A stretch of 64,000 nt of DNA, taken from the NCBI GenBank assembly GCA_000385055.1, contig ARRL01000001.1:292934-356933 (forward strand), read 5' to 3'. Made by a program: the position numbers and the translations under genes. Position 1 is the stretch's first letter. Each line of letters begins with the position of its first letter. Below, piece after piece: positions 1-11,133 of this stretch. The stretch comes from a gamma proteobacterium SCGC AAA168-P09. GTDB lineage: Bacteria; Pseudomonadota; Gammaproteobacteria; Magnimaribacterales; D2472. The notes beneath the pieces are model-generated. The model was not told where the DNA came from. It worked only from the letters and a program-made list of their open reading frames with translations, and ran no database searches.

Positions 1-95
1 GCGGAATGAGAGCTAGTATATATAATGCAATGCCTTTGGAGGGAGTTAATGAGCTCGTAGATTTTATGAAAATCTTTGAAGCAAAATATGGTTAA
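1..95 (+). CDS. serC: phosphoserine aminotransferase, C-terminal end only (partial)
   Basis: Frame starting at nt 3 reads [30 protein letters not shown], the typical SerC C-terminus; serC-pheA-hisC synteny. Confidence 0.9.
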   Translation, partial: GMRASIYNAMPLEGVNELVDFMKIFEAKYG

Positions 96-101
96 TACAA
101 G

Positions 102-1190
102 ATGGCTACAGAAAATTTAAAATCCTTAAGATCTAAAATTGATAAAATTGATAAAGATCTTTTAAAATTAATTCAGAAGAGAGCAGCTTTGGCTGTAAGT
201 ATTGGCAAAATTAAATCAAAGACAAGTCCTAATTCATCATTTTATAAGCCTGATAGAGAAGCAACCATATTAAGAAATATTCTTAAAGATAATGAAAACG
301 GAGCTCTTTCGAATGAGAAGATAAAAACAATATATAAAGAGCTTATTTCAGGGTGTCTCTCTTTGGAAGAGGCATTAAAAATATCCTATTTAGGTCCAGA
401 GGGAACACATTCAGAAGCAGCTGTTCATGGACACTTTGGTTCGCTTGTTTCAAGAATACCATCACCAACAATCGATGATGTTTTTCATCAAGTTTTAAAA
501 GGAGAGTCAGATATTGGAGTAGTACCAGTTGAAAATTCATCTGAAGGAGTTATTAATACAACCTTAAACTGTCTTGCTGACAATGAAAGCCTATCAATAA
601 TTGGTGAAATATATCTTGATATTAATCATCAATTAGCCTCTGGCAATAAGTTTGATATAAAGGAAGCTTTTGCTATTGCATCTCATCCTCAAGCTCTTGG
701 ACAATGCAATAAATGGATAGAAAAAAATATTGGGTCAATCAAAAGATTAGAGATGCCAAGTTCTGCGGTAGCTGCGAAGTATGCAAAAGAAAATAAAAAT
801 ATTCTGTGTATTGTTAATGCATTAGCTATTGAAAAATATAAATTGAAATTGCAAAAAAAGGATATCCAAGATTATTCAGATAACAAAACAAGATTCCTTG
901 TCATTGGACAAAATGAGCTCGGCTCAACAGGTAAAGATAAAACATCTTTTCTTATTCAAACAGCAAATCAACCCGGAGCACTTATAAATATCTTAAGACC
1001 TTTTGAAAAAAGAAAAATTAATTTAAGTAAAATTGAAACACGTCCCTCAAGAGGAAATATTAATTCTCACGATTTCTTTATAGATTGTGAAGGCCATAAA
1101 GATGATTCAAAATTAAAGCTTGCAATTAAAGAAGCTAAAAGTGCAGGCTCGCTTGTAAGAATACTTGGTTCTTATCCTCAGCATGTATGA
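102..1190 (+). CDS. pheA: chorismate mutase/prephenate dehydratase (P-protein)
   Basis: N-terminal CM domain (LRSKIDKID), YLGPEGTHS, VPVENSSEG, TRFLVIG, C-terminal ACT domain. Confidence 0.95.
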   Translation: MATENLKSLRSKIDKIDKDLLKLIQKRAALAVSIGKIKSKTSPNSSFYKPDREATILRNILKDNENGALSNEKIKTIYKELISGCLSLEEALKISYLGPEGTHSEAAVHGHFGSLVSRIPSPTIDDVFHQVLKGESDIGVVPVENSSEGVINTTLNCLADNESLSIIGEIYLDINHQLASGNKFDIKEAFAIASHPQALGQCNKWIEKNIGSIKRLEMPSSAVAAKYAKENKNILCIVNALAIEKYKLKLQKKDIQDYSDNKTRFLVIGQNELGSTGKDKTSFLIQTANQPGALINILRPFEKRKINLSKIETRPSRGNINSHDFFIDCEGHKDDSKLKLAIKEAKSAGSLVRILGSYPQHV

Positions 1191-2281
1191 ATAAGCTACT
1201 AGATAATATTAATAAAGGTATTGCTGAGCTTCATCCTTATGAACCTGGTAGATCAATAGATGAGGTTGTGGCCGAATACAAGCCCGATAAAGTAGTTAAA
1301 CTTGCTAGCAATGAAAATCCTCTTGGGCCATCCCCAAAAGCAGCTAAGATCCTGTCACAAGCAAATAATTTGCACTTATATCCTGATGGAGATTCTAAAA
1401 AATTAAAAGCACTTATTGCAAGACATGAGCTATTGACTGAAAAGAATATTATTGTTGGAAATGGATCTAATGAAGTTTTAGAGCTTGCTGCAAGAGCCTT
1501 TCTTAATAAAGATACTAGTGCAGTAATGTCAAAGCATGCTTTTGCTGTATACAAAATTGTTACTCAATCATGTGGCTCTAAAATTATTGAAGTACCTGCT
1601 AAAAACTGGAAACATGCGCTAGATGATTTTCCTGAATTTATAGATGAATCTACACGAATATGTTTTGTAGCTAATCCAAATAATCCTACAGGAACTTATA
1701 ATTCTCATGAAGAATTTGAATCGATGATGAGCAAAATTTCATCATCTGTTTTGGTTATACTTGATTTAGCATATTTTGAGTATGTTGATGCAGAGGATTA
1801 TGTAAATGCAAATGCATTAATGAGTAAATATTCAAATCTTCTTATCACTAAAACTTTTTCAAAAATTCAAGGGTTAGCAAGTCTTAGGATTGGATACGGT
1901 CTTGCACACCCAGACCTAATAGCAGTTTTAAATAAAATTAGACAACCTTTTAATTCTAACTCCCTTGCTCAACATGCAGCTTGCGAAGCTATTTTAGATG
2001 AAGATCATATAAAAAAGAGTGTAGAACTAAATTCATATCAAAGAGATTTTTTATACCAACAACTAACTGATATGGGTATGGAGTGCATACCTTCTCAAGG
2101 AAATTTCATATCTTTTAAAGGTAATTTTGATGCAAAAGATTTATTTACTAGCCTAATGAAGCAAGGGGTGATTGTAAGACCGATAGCTTTATATGATATG
2201 CCTGAATATATTAGAGTCACAGTTGGAACAAAGGATGAGAATGAATATTTCTTAGAAAAATTAAAGGAGGTCCTATCATGA
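1187..2281 (+). CDS. hisC: histidinol-phosphate aminotransferase
   Basis: KLASNENPLG, GNGSNE, NPNNPTG, TFSK motifs; position in operon. Confidence 0.93.
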   Translation: MNKLLDNINKGIAELHPYEPGRSIDEVVAEYKPDKVVKLASNENPLGPSPKAAKILSQANNLHLYPDGDSKKLKALIARHELLTEKNIIVGNGSNEVLELAARAFLNKDTSAVMSKHAFAVYKIVTQSCGSKIIEVPAKNWKHALDDFPEFIDESTRICFVANPNNPTGTYNSHEEFESMMSKISSSVLVILDLAYFEYVDAEDYVNANALMSKYSNLLITKTFSKIQGLASLRIGYGLAHPDLIAVLNKIRQPFNSNSLAQHAACEAILDEDHIKKSVELNSYQRDFLYQQLTDMGMECIPSQGNFISFKGNFDAKDLFTSLMKQGVIVRPIALYDMPEYIRVTVGTKDENEYFLEKLKEVLS

Positions 2282-3150
2282 CCAATCCTGCTCAAGAAAT
2301 ATTAATTATAGGATTAGGTTTAATAGGATCTTCTCTTGCAAAAGCCACTAAAAATAAAGGCTTGGTTGTTCATGGATATGATTTAGATCAAGCAACTTTG
2401 GTTAAGGCTACTGATAACAAAATTATAGATAAAACTTTCGAGTCTCTAGAAGAAATTAATAATAAGGAATTAATAGGCAAAATCGATCTAATTATTGTTG
2501 CTGTTTCTCCAAGGGTAACCCAATCAGTTATTTCATCTTTAAAAAGCCTCTGGAATACTGACATAACCATTACTGAAACGTCTAGTGTTAAAAATCATTT
2601 GAATTTTGATTCACCAAATAATTTAGTTTTTTCTCACCCAATTGCTGGATCTGACAAATCAGGTATATCCGCATTAGATGAGAATCTGTTTACCAATAAA
2701 AAGACTATCATTTGCAATCCTTATGATGCTAAAGAAGATCATATAAATAAGGTTATTAATTTTTGGCAACATGCATTATCTATGAGAGTTTCTGAAATGA
2801 CTGTCAAGGAGCATGATTTATTATTTGCAATGACAAGCCATTTACCCCATTTAATATCTTATGCGCTAATTGATTCTATTAGACTATCTTCAACAGAGGC
2901 GGGTGACAATGCAGGAGGAGGCTTAAAAGAATTCATTAGGTTGAGTGGGTCAAATCCGGAAATGTGGAAAGATATATTTGAGCTGAATGAAAAAAATATA
3001 ATCAAATCTTTAGCTAGCTTTCAACTTTCAATTAACAATTTACTTGAGTTAATCACAAAAATTAAAGAAATCCCATCAACTTTTTCCCATTCTGACATGC
3101 TGAAAAGTGAATTAGATGAGATAAAAAAATATAAAGAAGATACGTTTTGA
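2278..3150 (+). CDS. tyrA: prephenate/arogenate dehydrogenase
   Basis: GLGLIGSS Rossmann motif, SHPIAGS, HD..FA.TSHLPH. Confidence 0.88.
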   Translation: MTNPAQEILIIGLGLIGSSLAKATKNKGLVVHGYDLDQATLVKATDNKIIDKTFESLEEINNKELIGKIDLIIVAVSPRVTQSVISSLKSLWNTDITITETSSVKNHLNFDSPNNLVFSHPIAGSDKSGISALDENLFTNKKTIICNPYDAKEDHINKVINFWQHALSMRVSEMTVKEHDLLFAMTSHLPHLISYALIDSIRLSSTEAGDNAGGGLKEFIRLSGSNPEMWKDIFELNEKNIIKSLASFQLSINNLLELITKIKEIPSTFSHSDMLKSELDEIKKYKEDTF

Positions 3151-4457
3151 ATCTATTTGCTAAATCTAGCACATCAATCTCTGGCGAAGTTGTTTGCCCC
3201 GGTGATAAATCTATTTCGCAACGAGCACTTATTTTAGGCTCAATTCTAAATGAAGATATTTCAATTGAAGGGTTTTTAAATGGCGAGGACCCCATATCAA
3301 CAGCCAATGCATTAAATGCTATAGGCTCATCTATAACAGTCAATGGAACTTCAGTATCTATAAAAAAAAGGCACATTCCATTTAAAAAACCTACAACCGA
3401 AGTAGATTTAGGTAACTCGGGTACTGGGATGAGGCTAATGATGGGTTTAATTTCAAGTTTAGATATTGAAGCAACCTTGATTGGTGATGAGTCATTAACT
3501 AAAAGACCAATGCTGCGAATGGCAAATCCTTTAAATGATATGGGGGCCACTATAAGCTGCAGTGAAGGCAAACCTCCGGTCAAAATTTATCCAGGTAAAG
3601 TAATAGATAATTTTACATATGAGATGCCAATTGCTAGTGCTCAAGTTAAATCTGGGATTATTCTATCTGCTCTAGCTGCAAATAAGAACGTTACCGTTAT
3701 TGAAAAGCATCCAACAAGAAATCATACCGAAAGAATGATCAGTCACTTTCATGGAAATATAGAATCTATTCCTTATAAAGCCGGAAATAAAATAATATAT
3801 TCTCCTTCAAAATTAATACCCTCAAAGTCATATAGGGTTGTTGGAGATTTTTCATCTGCTGCATTTCTTATTGTTGCCGGTTTAATTGCAAAAGAGTCAA
3901 ATATTGTTATTAAAAATGTTGGTTTAAACCCTACACGATGCGGGTTAATAGATGTTCTCAAGTCAATGGGAGGGTCTATAGAAATCAAGAATGAAAAAGT
4001 TATATCCTATGAAGAGGTCGGTGACATACATGTTAGATCTTCTGCTTTAAAAGGAGTAAGCATAAGCGGAGATGTTATCCCTAATATAATCGATGAGATT
4101 CCAATTTTAAGTATTGCTGCAGCTTTTGCAGAAGGAGAAACGTCAATATCGGACGCAGAAGAATTGCGAGTGAAAGAATCTGATAGGCTTCAAGCTATTT
4201 CAGATGGACTTATCAAAATTAATGTAAGTCACCAATTGTATAATGATGGAATTAAAATCACTGGTTCATCTCAAGATATTGTAGATTCAGCTGAAATCGA
4301 TTCTCATGGAGATCATCGTATTGCTATGAGTTTTTTAATTGCTAGCTTAAGATCAACGAATGGAGTTTTTGTAAAAGATTGCAAAAATATTTTTACCTCT
4401 TTTCCTCACTTTATCGAGGTCATGAAAACTCTTGGTATAGATGTTGATGAAAGATAA
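3147..4457 (+). CDS. aroA: 3-phosphoshikimate 1-carboxyvinyltransferase (EPSP synthase)
   Basis: PGDKSISQR, DLGNSGTGMR, SAQVKS, RNHTE, ELRVKESDR, DHRIAM. Confidence 0.97.
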   Translation: MNLFAKSSTSISGEVVCPGDKSISQRALILGSILNEDISIEGFLNGEDPISTANALNAIGSSITVNGTSVSIKKRHIPFKKPTTEVDLGNSGTGMRLMMGLISSLDIEATLIGDESLTKRPMLRMANPLNDMGATISCSEGKPPVKIYPGKVIDNFTYEMPIASAQVKSGIILSALAANKNVTVIEKHPTRNHTERMISHFHGNIESIPYKAGNKIIYSPSKLIPSKSYRVVGDFSSAAFLIVAGLIAKESNIVIKNVGLNPTRCGLIDVLKSMGGSIEIKNEKVISYEEVGDIHVRSSALKGVSISGDVIPNIIDEIPILSIAAAFAEGETSISDAEELRVKESDRLQAISDGLIKINVSHQLYNDGIKITGSSQDIVDSAEIDSHGDHRIAMSFLIASLRSTNGVFVKDCKNIFTSFPHFIEVMKTLGIDVDER

Positions 4458-5106
4458 TATTATTACTATTGATGGGCCATCTGCATCAGGCAAAGGAAGC
4501 TTAGCAAGGAATATTGCTGCTCATCTTAACTTTGATATTTTAGATAGCGGTCTTTTATATAGAGTTTATGCATATCTTTTTGATTCTGGCCTAGAACATA
4601 CAAAAATAGTTGCACATATCAAGAAAAATATATTATTTAAGACTGATAATGAAGGCTTAACTATCCAAGAAGGTTCAGAGGATATTACTGGGAAATTGAG
4701 ATCAGAAAAAACTGCAAAAGCTGCATCAAAAATAAGCTCTTTAAAAGAAACAAGAAATAATTTACTTGAGTTGCAAAGAGGGTTTTATATATCCAAGGGT
4801 TTAGTAGCGGATGGCCGAGATATGGGAACAGTTGTTTTCCCTAATGCTAAATTAAAAATATTTTTAATTGCATCTCCTGAAGTAAGAGCAAAAAGAAGAT
4901 ATTTAGAGTTGCAGAATCGAGGCCAAGAAGTTAATATGCTCGCTCTGATTGAAGACATAAAGCAGAGAGATTTAAAAGATCAGACCAGAGTCTTATCTCC
5001 TTTAATCCCTGCAGAAGATTCAATAGTTATTGATTCTTCTGAAATGTCACTTGACGAAGTACTGAGTTTTACTAAAAAGCTCACAAAAAGGAAATTAAAT
5101 AAATGA
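4441..5106 (+). CDS. cmk: cytidylate kinase (start may be ATG 4447)
   Basis: [13 protein letters not shown]-loop, [19 protein letters not shown]. Confidence 0.96.
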   Translation: MLMKDNIITIDGPSASGKGSLARNIAAHLNFDILDSGLLYRVYAYLFDSGLEHTKIVAHIKKNILFKTDNEGLTIQEGSEDITGKLRSEKTAKAASKISSLKETRNNLLELQRGFYISKGLVADGRDMGTVVFPNAKLKIFLIASPEVRAKRRYLELQNRGQEVNMLALIEDIKQRDLKDQTRVLSPLIPAEDSIVIDSSEMSLDEVLSFTKKLTKRKLNK

Positions 5107-6410
5107 CAGAATCATTTGCAGCTTTACTAGATGAAAGTTTAAGCACTTTAGATATGCAGCCTGGCTCAATAGTTTCAGGAGTTGTATTGGATGTAGATAG
5201 TGACTGGGTAACAGTTCACGTTGGTTTAAAATCAGAAGGAGTAGTCTCTCTTGATGAGTTCAGAAATAATGAAGGAGAAGTAAGCATCGCCGTGGGTGAT
5301 GAAGTTGAGGTTGCGCTTGAAGCCGTTGAAGACGGTTATGGCGAAACTAGAATCTCTCGAGAAAAAGCTAGAAAAATTACTACATGGAAAATGCTTGAAG
5401 ACGCTCTTGAAACAGGAGAATTTGTAACAGGTAAAATCCATAATAGAGTTAAGGGAGGTTTTGCGGTTGAAGTCGAGGTTGTAAAAGCATTCCTACCTGG
5501 TTCTCTTGTTGATGTGAGACCTGTTAAAGAGGCTCCGGATATAGAAAATACAGTTCAAGAGTTCAAAGTAATTAAATTAGACTATAAAAGAAATAATGTA
5601 GTTTTATCAAGAAAAGCTGTTTTAGAGAAAAATAACTCTGCTGTTAAAGTTGAGTTATTAAAAAATCTTGAAGAAGGCCAAATAGTTAAAGGTGTTGTTA
5701 AAAACATAACAGACTATGGAGCATTTGTTGATTTAGGCGGCTTAGACGGCCTACTTCATATAACTGACATCTCATGGTCAAGAGTAACAAATCCGGCAGA
5801 ATTTTTAAGTCTTGGTGATGAAATAGATGTAAAGATATTAAGTTTTGATAAAGAAAAACTAAGAGTATCTTTAGGTCTAAAACAAATTCAGAATGATCCT
5901 TGGGAAAATGTTGAAAGTAACTATGCTGTAGGCGGTGTTTATGAAGCATCTGTATCTAACATCACAGATTATGGATGTTTTGCACAACTCGAAGAGGGCA
6001 TAGAAGGCTTAATACATCTATCCGAGCTTGATTGGACTAGTAAAAATATTCATCCATCAAAAGTTGTAGAAATGGAGCAAAAGATCAAGGTTATGATTTT
6101 AGAGATCGACCATGATAAGAGAAGAATATCTCTTGGATTAAAGCAAACTAAAGCTAATCCATGGACAGAATTCGCTAATAAGTATGGTATTGGTGACAAG
6201 GTGGATGGACAAATAAAATCTATAACAGATTTTGGTATATTTGTTGGTCTGGAAGGCGATATCGACGGCTTAATTCATCTATCAGATATATCTGAAGAAG
6301 AAGATCCTAAAGAAGCACTAGAGGAATACAAAAAAGGCGATAAGTTAGAATGCATTGTATTTGCTGTTGATGCCGAGAGAGAAAGAATTTCTTTGAAGTT
6401 GAGTGAGTAG
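5103..6410 (+). CDS. rpsA: 30S ribosomal protein S1, five-domain short form (435 aa)
   Basis: MTESFAALL start, repeated S1 domains ([32 protein letters not shown]); follows cmk. Confidence 0.96.
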   Translation: MTESFAALLDESLSTLDMQPGSIVSGVVLDVDSDWVTVHVGLKSEGVVSLDEFRNNEGEVSIAVGDEVEVALEAVEDGYGETRISREKARKITTWKMLEDALETGEFVTGKIHNRVKGGFAVEVEVVKAFLPGSLVDVRPVKEAPDIENTVQEFKVIKLDYKRNNVVLSRKAVLEKNNSAVKVELLKNLEEGQIVKGVVKNITDYGAFVDLGGLDGLLHITDISWSRVTNPAEFLSLGDEIDVKILSFDKEKLRVSLGLKQIQNDPWENVESNYAVGGVYEASVSNITDYGCFAQLEEGIEGLIHLSELDWTSKNIHPSKVVEMEQKIKVMILEIDHDKRRISLGLKQTKANPWTEFANKYGIGDKVDGQIKSITDFGIFVGLEGDIDGLIHLSDISEEEDPKEALEEYKKGDKLECIVFAVDAERERISLKLSE

Positions 6411-6696
6411 TAAAAAACAGCCAACTTTTAATCGCTCTGACATTGAATTAGTATTAAGCAAAGAATTTCCAGATCTCAACAAATCTCAAATTTCATTAGC
6501 AATTGATTCTATTTTAGAATCAATTGTTGATGCAGTTGCGCTAGACGATAAAGTTGAAATTAGGGGGTTTGGAACATTTTCTAAAAAATATATTCGACCA
6601 AGAAAATTTATTAATCCAAGGACTAAGGAAGTTTCTTATTTAGGAGAGACTGCAACTATGCATTTCAAGCCTTCAAAGTCATTGATAGAAAAGTAA
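6403..6696 (+). CDS. ihfB: integration host factor beta subunit (HU/IHF family)
   Basis: [14 protein letters not shown] motif; directly after rpsA. Confidence 0.8.
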   Translation: MSSKKQPTFNRSDIELVLSKEFPDLNKSQISLAIDSILESIVDAVALDDKVEIRGFGTFSKKYIRPRKFINPRTKEVSYLGETATMHFKPSKSLIEK

Positions 6697-6719
6697 CTTA
6701 AGTTTAATATTTATAAATC

Positions 6720-7388
6720 ATGTCAAAAACTATCATTGTTGCAGTTGATGAAACTCAACTAGAAGATTTTCAAAGCGTCGTCGACTCTCTTGATAGCAAT
6801 TTATGCATGATAAAAATAGGAAGCGTTAGCTTTAATGCTCTTGGTCATCAAGCAATCTCATATGCATCGAGCAAAGGATTTAAAATTTTTTTAGATCTTA
6901 AACTGCACGACATTCCTAACACTGTTAAGAAATCTATGGAGGGTTTGGTATCTTTGCCTATAGACATGATGACAATTCACACTTCCGGTGGTTTAGAAAT
7001 GATGAAAGCTGCAATGAAGGCTGTTGAAGGAAGTGATATCAAGGTATTTGGAGTAACTGCTTTAACAAGTTTGTCAGATGAAGATACATCTTTCATTTTT
7101 AAAAGAACCGCTGAAGAGCAAGTTAATGCAATGTTAGATCTGGCTGAACAAGCAGAAATTGATGGTGTTGTTTGTTCTCCACACGAGCTTTCATTAGTCT
7201 CTAAAAGAAAATCTTTACTATCAATTACACCAGGCATAAGACTTAAAGACTCTAATGATGATCAAAGTAGAGTCATGACACCAAAAGATGCTATTAACCT
7301 TGGAGCTAATTTTCTTGTCATAGGTAGGCCTATTACCGAAGCTGAAAATATTAAAGAAGCTCTGTTAGAAATTCATAATTCCCTTTAA
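6720..7388 (+). CDS. pyrF: orotidine-5'-phosphate decarboxylase
   Basis: FLDLKLHDIPNTV, TPGIR, DDQSRVMTP, VIGRPI. Confidence 0.97.
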   Translation: MSKTIIVAVDETQLEDFQSVVDSLDSNLCMIKIGSVSFNALGHQAISYASSKGFKIFLDLKLHDIPNTVKKSMEGLVSLPIDMMTIHTSGGLEMMKAAMKAVEGSDIKVFGVTALTSLSDEDTSFIFKRTAEEQVNAMLDLAEQAEIDGVVCSPHELSLVSKRKSLLSITPGIRLKDSNDDQSRVMTPKDAINLGANFLVIGRPITEAENIKEALLEIHNSL

Positions 7389-7398
7389 CTAACCGCGT

Positions 7399-8811
7399 AT
7401 GACATTATTTGAAGAAATTAAAAACCTTACTGTTTCTGATAAAGAGGATTGCTATGAATTATTCTTTGCCAGCAATCCAATGCAATATAAATCTCTTTTA
7501 AAAGGTTTTAACAAAGAAATATATAATTTATTTGACTCTCATTTTGATTCATTAAATTTATCAAAACAAATTCATCAATTCTTAAATGGAGCCATAGTTA
7601 ATTCTACTGAAAACCAATCAGCGATTCATCATGCATACAGAGATGCATATTCAGATAGTCCAAATAATTTATTATCTAAAGATATTTTAGATTCATGTAA
7701 TGAATCTATCAATATCTGTATAAAGCTTAAAAACGATCTTCTTGATAGAGGGATTAAGAATATTGTCACCATAGGAATAGGCGGCTCATTTGAGGGTCCT
7801 AAATTATTAATAGAAACCCTAACAGCAGAGCATGAAAGATCTTTTAATCATATCTTCTTAACAGGCCCCGATGTAATTGAGTTTTCTGAAATGATCGAAC
7901 CTCTCAATCAAGAAGAGACGTTCTTTATCGTTTCTTCTAAATCATTTAGCACAGATGAAACTCTTCAAAGCATTGAATTATCAAAAGATTGGAGTGGTAT
8001 GAAGTGCGACTTTGATAAATACTTTATCGCAGTAACTTCACAACCAAAAAAAGCTGAGGCATTTGGTTTTTCCAATAATAATATTATTCCATTCCCTAAT
8101 GAAATTGGGGGAAGGTATTCTATGTGGTCGCCTATCTCTTTACCTGCTATTCTTGAGTTAGGCGAGAGATTTATTGAATTTTTAAAAGGGGGATCTCTAG
8201 CAGATACTCAATTTCTTAATGATGCAAAGTATCAAGAGTTTTTAAAAACTCTATCCTATAGCGATATTTGGTATAACAATTTTCTTGGTAAAGGCACCAG
8301 AGTTTTATTAACCTACAGTTGGAAAATGAGGTTTTTTACAGATTATGCTCAACAACTTGAAATGGAATCGATTGGAAAGCAACCCAATAAAGATTCAATC
8401 TTTCAAAAGACAGGACAGATAGTTTTTGGTGGCTTTGGTTCTACCGCACAACACTCTTACTTTCAATTACTTCATCAAGGAACTGGATCGGTCTGCGCAG
8501 ATGTATTTACAATTGCCGAGAATAAAGAAAAGAATAAACTTTTATATGCACAATCCCAAGCCCAATCAAATTTACTAGCAAATGGAGCTGATGCAGAATT
8601 ACAAGAATTTGAAAAAGTTAATGGAAATGTACCTACAAATCTTTTTACTCTAGAATCTCTTAACCCATTTAACTTTGGTTATCTTATAGCTACCTGGGAG
8701 CACAGAACTTTTCTAACATCACAAATGTTACAAATAAATCCATTTGATCAATACGGAGTGAGTGCAGGCAAGATTTTCACTAAGAAATATCTTGAAGAGC
8801 ATGGCAGTTGA
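7399..8811 (+). CDS. pgi: glucose-6-phosphate isomerase
   Basis: IGIGGS, SSKSFST.ET, IGGRYSMWS, QQLEMESIGK, NPFDQYGV. Confidence 0.93.
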   Translation: MTLFEEIKNLTVSDKEDCYELFFASNPMQYKSLLKGFNKEIYNLFDSHFDSLNLSKQIHQFLNGAIVNSTENQSAIHHAYRDAYSDSPNNLLSKDILDSCNESINICIKLKNDLLDRGIKNIVTIGIGGSFEGPKLLIETLTAEHERSFNHIFLTGPDVIEFSEMIEPLNQEETFFIVSSKSFSTDETLQSIELSKDWSGMKCDFDKYFIAVTSQPKKAEAFGFSNNNIIPFPNEIGGRYSMWSPISLPAILELGERFIEFLKGGSLADTQFLNDAKYQEFLKTLSYSDIWYNNFLGKGTRVLLTYSWKMRFFTDYAQQLEMESIGKQPNKDSIFQKTGQIVFGGFGSTAQHSYFQLLHQGTGSVCADVFTIAENKEKNKLLYAQSQAQSNLLANGADAELQEFEKVNGNVPTNLFTLESLNPFNFGYLIATWEHRTFLTSQMLQINPFDQYGVSAGKIFTKKYLEEHGS

Positions 8812-10582
8812 CGTTTCAAAGGTACCCTCCACCCCAGGGGTGTATAAATTTTTCAGCAATCACGAAATAATTTATATAGGTAAAGCAAAAAATCTTAAAA
8901 AAAGAGTTTCTAGTTATTTTGGTAAATCTATTAAAGATAGAAAGACCTCTCAGATAAAATTTCTTACAGATAACATTGAAACTTTTACTACTAAAAATGA
9001 AGTTGAAGCTTTGCTCTTAGAGCAAATGCTAATAAAAGAAAATAAACCTAAATTTAATATTCTTTTAAGAGATGATAAAACTTATCCATATATTTATTTT
9101 TCACTAGACCATGATTTCCCTGGAATATATTCTAAAAGAACCAAACAGGCTGTGAACTCAAATTTTTTTGGTCCTTTCGTTAGCTCTGGCGCTGTAAAAA
9201 AATCTATAAAAGAAATACAGAAAATTTTTAGGTTAAGAAATTGCAATGATTCCACCTTTTCAAATAGATCTCGCCCATGTATAGAATTTCAAATGAAAAG
9301 GTGCTCAGCTCCATGCGTTCAGAAAATATCGAAAGTTGATTATTTTGAGGATGTAGCAAGTGCTAAATCTTATTTATCCTCATCAGACTCACAAACTATA
9401 AATCGATTAAATTCTGAAATAGAAAAAGCTTCACACAATTTAGAATTTGAAAAGGCCGCAGATATAAGAGATAGATTAAAAAGATTAGAGCTGCTTCGCG
9501 AAGAGCAATCTGTTGTTACCCTTGCTAGGGATGTGGATATATTTTCTGTTTATGCAGAAGATGATTATTTGGGAATATGTATCATCGTTGTTAGAAGAGG
9601 AAAGATTAGAGGAACTAAAACTCATCTTATTAAAAGGGCTTACTACGAATCAATAGATGATGTCTATCAGTCAGCCATTTTAAATTTTTATGATAATCAG
9701 ATAGACATACCTAATAAAATTTTATGCACCAGTTCTCTTGATACAAAAGAATTAATTAAAAAAGTAATTAAGAAAAAATTTAAAATCAAAGTTAATATTA
9801 CCCACTCACCATCAAGAGCCATAAGATCAATCTATAACCTATGTAAAATTAATGCAAAACAAGTAATACAGAATCATTTAAGCAAAGAAGATAGATATAA
9901 TTTTGCATTTAAAGAATTGCAAAGTGCAATGGGTCTCAAGATACCTATCAAGAGGATTGAAGCCTATGATGTTAGTCATATTTCAGGAGATCATGCGGTT
10001 GCGTCTTGTATTGTTTTTTCAGATTCTGGACCAAGTAATCAAGATTATCGATTATTTAATATTCCAAAAGAGTTATCTGGTAATGATGTCGGTTCTCTTA
10101 AGCATGTCATGGAAAGAAGGCTTAAATTTTATAAAGATAAAGAAACACGACCAGACATAATTCTTATTGATGGAGGCAAAACTCAATTGAAATTTGCTGC
10201 ATCTGTTATCAAAGCATCTAAACATAAAGATATAAAAGTAATTTCAATTGCAAAGGGGTCGGATAGGGTTCGTGCTACTGAAACGATCTTGTCTGAAGAG
10301 GGCATTATAGAATTTGATAAATATTCAAAAGCATTTCTTTTGCTTCAAGAAGCCAGAGATGAGTCCCACAGATTTGCAATAATGGCTCAAAGAAAGAAAA
10401 AAAGAGGAGGTATTAATAAATCTAAACTTGATGATATTGATGGAATAGGAGCAGTTCTAAAAAGGAGATTGCTCTTTAAATATAAAAATATTAAGAGCAT
10501 TAAGTTAGCTAACATTGATGATTTAATGACTGTTAAGGGTATTAATGCCAAAATAGCTTATTCAATTAAAGAAAAACTTTAA
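8801..10582 (+). CDS. uvrC: excinuclease ABC subunit C (likely ATG 8801; ORF track extends to 8762)
   Basis: PGVYKF..IIYIGKAKNLKKRVSSYF GIY-YIG, RIEAYDVSH, LIDGG, ARDESHRFA, C-terminal HhH. Confidence 0.96.
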   Translation: MAVDVSKVPSTPGVYKFFSNHEIIYIGKAKNLKKRVSSYFGKSIKDRKTSQIKFLTDNIETFTTKNEVEALLLEQMLIKENKPKFNILLRDDKTYPYIYFSLDHDFPGIYSKRTKQAVNSNFFGPFVSSGAVKKSIKEIQKIFRLRNCNDSTFSNRSRPCIEFQMKRCSAPCVQKISKVDYFEDVASAKSYLSSSDSQTINRLNSEIEKASHNLEFEKAADIRDRLKRLELLREEQSVVTLARDVDIFSVYAEDDYLGICIIVVRRGKIRGTKTHLIKRAYYESIDDVYQSAILNFYDNQIDIPNKILCTSSLDTKELIKKVIKKKFKIKVNITHSPSRAIRSIYNLCKINAKQVIQNHLSKEDRYNFAFKELQSAMGLKIPIKRIEAYDVSHISGDHAVASCIVFSDSGPSNQDYRLFNIPKELSGNDVGSLKHVMERRLKFYKDKETRPDIILIDGGKTQLKFAASVIKASKHKDIKVISIAKGSDRVRATETILSEEGIIEFDKYSKAFLLLQEARDESHRFAIMAQRKKKRGGINKSKLDDIDGIGAVLKRRLLFKYKNIKSIKLANIDDLMTVKGINAKIAYSIKEKL

Positions 10583-10584
10583 TC

Positions 10585-11133
10585 ATGAGAACTTTTATTA
10601 ACATATTAACCTTATCAAGAATTTTTCTTGCAGCAGTCATATTTCTACTTCTAATATCTCCAGATGGGTACCTATTGGCACTTATATTATTTTTTTTAGC
10701 AGGAATAACAGATTACTTTGATGGTTATTTAGCTAGAAAATATAATGCTGTATCTCAACTTGGAGAAATACTGGATCCGATTGCAGACAAAATTCTTGTT
10801 CTTTTTGTTTTATTTGGACTTGCAATAAATCTCTCAAGCTACTTAATAGGTTTTATTGGAGCAATAATTATTACAAGAGAGATTTGGGTAGGAGCTCTTA
10901 GAGATTTAAATGCAAGAAATGGAATAACTGATGCTACTAAAGTTACTTTTCTTGCCAAAATTAAAACAACAGCTCAATTATTCACTCTATCAATATATTT
11001 ATTTGGATTGGCAATAAACAATATGTTAATAATTGTTATAGCAGATATTCTATTATTCATATCGCTTATTATCACTTTGTATACAGGCTTAATTTATACT
11101 TTGAATACTCTTAAAACTGATGAAAAAGCTTAA
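10585..11133 (+). CDS. pgsA: CDP-diacylglycerol--glycerol-3-phosphate 3-phosphatidyltransferase
   Basis: NILTLSR, TDYFDGYLARK, LDPIADK motif; uvrC-pgsA synteny. Confidence 0.93.
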   Translation: MRTFINILTLSRIFLAAVIFLLLISPDGYLLALILFFLAGITDYFDGYLARKYNAVSQLGEILDPIADKILVLFVLFGLAINLSSYLIGFIGAIIITREIWVGALRDLNARNGITDATKVTFLAKIKTTAQLFTLSIYLFGLAINNMLIIVIADILLFISLIITLYTGLIYTLNTLKTDEKA

